From Dehalococcoidia bacterium (lineage in GTDB: Bacteria > Chloroflexota > Dehalococcoidia > UBA2979), in NCBI GenBank assembly GCA_965208885.1, contig CBDBPS010000002.1, positions 622,731 through 686,730 of the forward strand: a DNA stretch of 64,000 nucleotides, in the 5' to 3' direction. The notes below the pieces were generated by a model that searched no databases, was not told the origin of the DNA, and saw only the letters and a program-made list of their open reading frames with translations. Of this stretch, positions 61,098 to 64,000 are shown piece by piece (positions within the stretch are counted from its first letter, which is position 1; each line of letters opens with the position of its first letter). The position numbers were made by a program, and so were the translations under genes.

Positions 61098-64000
61098 TGA
61101 CATTCTCCGGGGAGCTGTGGCGGTTCACCGAGGGCGTCCGCGGGCGGATCGCGCTAGCCGTCATCGTCGGCCTCGCCGCTGTCGCGGCCGGCGTCGCGCG
61201 GCTGGCCCTGCTGGGCTGGATCGGGGCGCGCATCTTCGAGGGCGACGGCCTCGCCGAGCTGACGCCCCTCATCGTCGCCGCGGGTAGCGCTGTCCTGGCC
61301 ACCTCCGCGTTGCATTACGTCAAGGAGGAGATCGCCAACGGCACCGCCCTCGACGTGCAGTTCGCGCTACGCCAGCGGCTCTTCGACCAGGTCTCGCGCC
61401 TGGGGCCGGCGCACTTCGACCGCCAGCGCACCGGCGACGTGACCGTCGGGGTCATCGAGGGCGTCGAGCAGCTCGAGACGTTCTTCGGGCAGTACCTGCC
61501 GCAGCTGATCGTGGCGACGGTGGCGCCGCTCGGCATCTTCATCTTCATGGGCTGGCTCGACCTCCCGGTGGCGGCTGTCTACCTCGCCTTCGCGCTCGCG
61601 ACGCTGCTCGTCCCGTCGCTGCTCAAGCAACGCAACGCCGACGCGTCGCTGCGCCGGCGCGACGCGTACGGCGCCTTCGCCGCCGACTTCCTCGACTCCG
61701 TGCAGGGGCTCGCCACCCTCAAGGCGTTCGGCCAGAGCGGCCGCCGAGGTGAGGCGTTGGCGCAACGCGCGCACGAGGTGTTCCGCTCGACGATGGGCGT
61801 GCTCGTGAGCAACGCAGTCGCGCAGGGCCTCACCATCCTCGCGATCACCGTCGGCGCGGCCGTGGCGCTGTTCGTGGGTGCGCTGCGCGTCGAGAGCGGC
61901 GCGATGGAGCTGGCCGAGTTGCTCGTCGTGCTCATGCTCGGCGTCGAGGTGTTCCGCCCGCTGCGCGAGCTCAGCCAGCTCTTCCACCAGGGCCTCTTCG
62001 GCGTGGCTGCCGCCGAGGCCGTGCTCGACATCGACCGCGCCGAGCCCCTCACGCCCGACACCGACGCCGCGCCTGCGCGCGATCTGGAGCCGCGCATCGA
62101 GTTCGACGACGTGACGTTCAGCTACCCAACCGGGCGTCGACCGGCGCTGAACGGCGTCTCGTTCACCGTCGAGCCCGGGCGGCGCATTGGCGTGGTCGGC
62201 CGCTCCGGCTCCGGCAAGTCGACGCTGGTGTGGCTGCTCCAGCGCCTCTACACGCCGCAGCAGGGCACGATCCGCCTCGGCGGCCACGACCTGAACGAAC
62301 TGCGCTTCGAGGACATCCGCGCGCAGATGGCTGTCGTGCTGCAGGACACGTACCTGTTCCACGGATCGGTGCTGGCGAACCTGCGGTTCGCGAAGCCCGA
62401 CGCGACCGACGATGAGGTCCGCGAGGCGGCGCGCGCCGCGAACGCGCACGAGTTCATCACCAACCTTCCCGAGGGCTACTCGACAGTGATCGGCGAGCGT
62501 GGCCACCGCCTCTCGGGCGGCGAGCGACAGCGCATCGCCATCGCCCGCGCACTGCTGCGCAACGCGCCGATCCTGATCCTCGACGAGGCGCTCTCGAGCG
62601 TGGACGCCGAGAACGAGGCGACCATCCAGGCGGCGCTGGACGCGCTCATGCAGGGGCGGACGACGCTGATCATGGCGCACCGCCTGTCGAGCGTGCGCGC
62701 GTGCGACGAGATCCTCGTGCTGGACGACGGCAGGCTCGTCGAGCGCGGCGACCACGAGACGCTGCTCCAGGAGGGCGGGGTCTACGACTGGCTCATGGCC
62801 GGCCAGATGACCGACCCGAGCCTCGACGAGTGGGCTGCCGGCGCTCCCGCGCCCGAGCCGGCCGCCGTCGGCGATTCGGGCGCGCTGACCATGCGCGCCG
62901 ATGTCGGCGGGCCGACCGAGGCGATCATCCGCGCCGAGGGCATGGGGTGGCGCGAGACCTCCGCACGGCTGCTCAGCCTCGCCGCCCCCTACTGGGCGAA
63001 GACGACCCTCACCTTCGTGACGGGCGTGGCCTTCTTCCTCGGCTCGATCGCGGTGGGCGTGATCGGTGCGCTCATGGTCGCGAACGTGCGCGAGGGGGAG
63101 TCGATCGCCTTGCTCGCCGTGCTCTTGATGGTCGTCGCCGTGTTGACCGGCGTGTTCCGGTTCCTCGAGAACTGGATCTCGCACGACATGGCGTTCCGCC
63201 TGCTCGCGGACATGCGCATTGACCTCTTCCGCAAGCTCGACCAGCTCGCGCCGGCCTACCTGCTGCGACGGCGCACCGGCGACCTCGTGTCGATGGCGAC
63301 GCAGGACGTGGAGACCGTCGAGTACTTCTTCGCGCACACCATCGCCAACGCCTTCGTGAGCGTCGTCGTGCCGGGCGCGGCCTTGATCACGCTGTTCGTC
63401 GTCGACTGGCGGCTCGGGCTGGGCCTCGCGCCGCTGCTGGTGGTGGCCGGGCTGAGCCCGTTGTTCACTCGCCGCATCGTCGACCGGCTAGGGTCACGCT
63501 CGAGGGACCACCTCGGAGCGCTCAACGCGCACATGGTCGACACGTTGCAGGGGCTGCGCGAGGTGACCGCGTTCCAGCGCGAGCCCGAGCGCAAGGCGGA
63601 GTTCGAGGGGCTGATGGGCGAGTACCGCCCAGTCCGGGCCGGCTTCAACCGCCAGATCTCGACGCAGCGCACGCTCCTCGAGGGCCTGACCGGGTTCGGC
63701 GGCCTCGCGGTGCTCACGATCGGTGGCGCGCTCGCTGTGCGCGGCGAGGTCGACTCGTCGCTCGCGCCGATGCTCACCCTGCTCGCGATGGGCGCGTTCA
63801 TGCCCGTCGCCGAGCTGGCGCAGGTGGGTCGGCGACTCGGCGACACGCTCGGCGCGACGCGCCGCCTGACGGCCGTACACAGCGAGCAGGTGGCGGTTCT
63901 CGACGGCCCCGGCATGGCCGCCGGTGGCGAGGCAGCCGCGACCACGGGGGTCTCGGAAGGCGCGTTCGCCGCCGTCGGTTTCACGTACGAGGACACCCCG
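61098..64000 (+). CDS. Fused ABC exporter (TMD-NBD-TMD..., CydD/CydC-like), 3' end outside the window
   Basis: My own translation from ATG 61098 stays open to the window end. The first half has a 6-TM-type domain, then Walker A GRSGSGKST, signature LSGGERQRIAIARAL and Walker B ILILDEA. After a short linker a second transmembrane domain begins (~nt 62950) in the same frame. This ORF is not in the track, presumably because it has no stop in the window. Confidence 0.9.

Noticed and set aside
61367-63337. 656-aa minus-strand ORF (the longest ORF in the track for this region)
   Set aside because: It is Arg/Asp/His-rich with no recognisable motif. It lies exactly antisense to a plus-strand frame that carries unambiguous ABC-transporter Walker A, signature and Walker B motifs. 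It is a high-GC shadow ORF.

Overview
High-G+C bacterial chromosomal segment. My hand counts of single 60-nt lines give about 70% G+C in core genes. No rRNA, tRNA, integrase or transposase was recognised. (1) 1-23.2 kb is a dense defence island. It holds the tail of an SNF2-type helicase gene, a small GIY-YIG-like gene plus an XRE regulator, a VapBC pair and a GmrSD-type (DUF262/DUF1524) nuclease. It also holds a Type I R-M operon (hsdM...hsdS...hsdR) that is interrupted by three cargo modules. These are a ThsB-like TIR / small 3-TM protein / second TIR cassette between hsdM and hsdS, a DUF433-DUF5615 pair, and a BrnT toxin whose BrnA-like partner peptide is fused in frame to the N-terminus of HsdR. 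Directly after hsdR comes a 13-repeat CRISPR array and a minus-strand type I-U/I-G-like cas operon (csb1-csb2-cas3-csb3-like-cas4-cas1-cas2). The ThsA-less TIR/TM/TIR cassette nested inside the R-M operon is my best candidate for an undescribed system. The BrnT/BrnA'-HsdR fusion is second. (2) 23.2-27 kb looks like a junction or decay zone, with a PNPOx-like gene remnant, frameshifted-looking ORFs, an orphan peptide-type solute-binding protein and a truncated alpha/beta hydrolase. (3) 27-59 kb is lipid/acyl-CoA metabolism. It contains five paralogues of one ~407-aa acyl-CoA dehydrogenase family, three of them in tandem with a Phd/VapC pair inserted. It also contains other ACAD-fold genes, family III CoA-transferases (one a tandem double-domain fusion), a thiolase-like/DUF35 pair, two paralogous MFS transporters, an S9 peptidase and a nitronate monooxygenase-like gene. 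A cobalamin-riboswitch-controlled operon (btuCD-like transporter plus cobO-cbiB-cobD-cobQ) lies in the middle. (4) 59-64 kb holds HU, a GPP34-family protein, a VOC/glyoxalase protein and the start of a long fused CydDC-like ABC exporter that runs off the window. GC-rich palindromic REP-like repeats occur at ~49.8-50.06 kb, with a related copy at ~54.29 kb. Many long ORFs in the six-frame track are high-GC shadow frames and were rejected.
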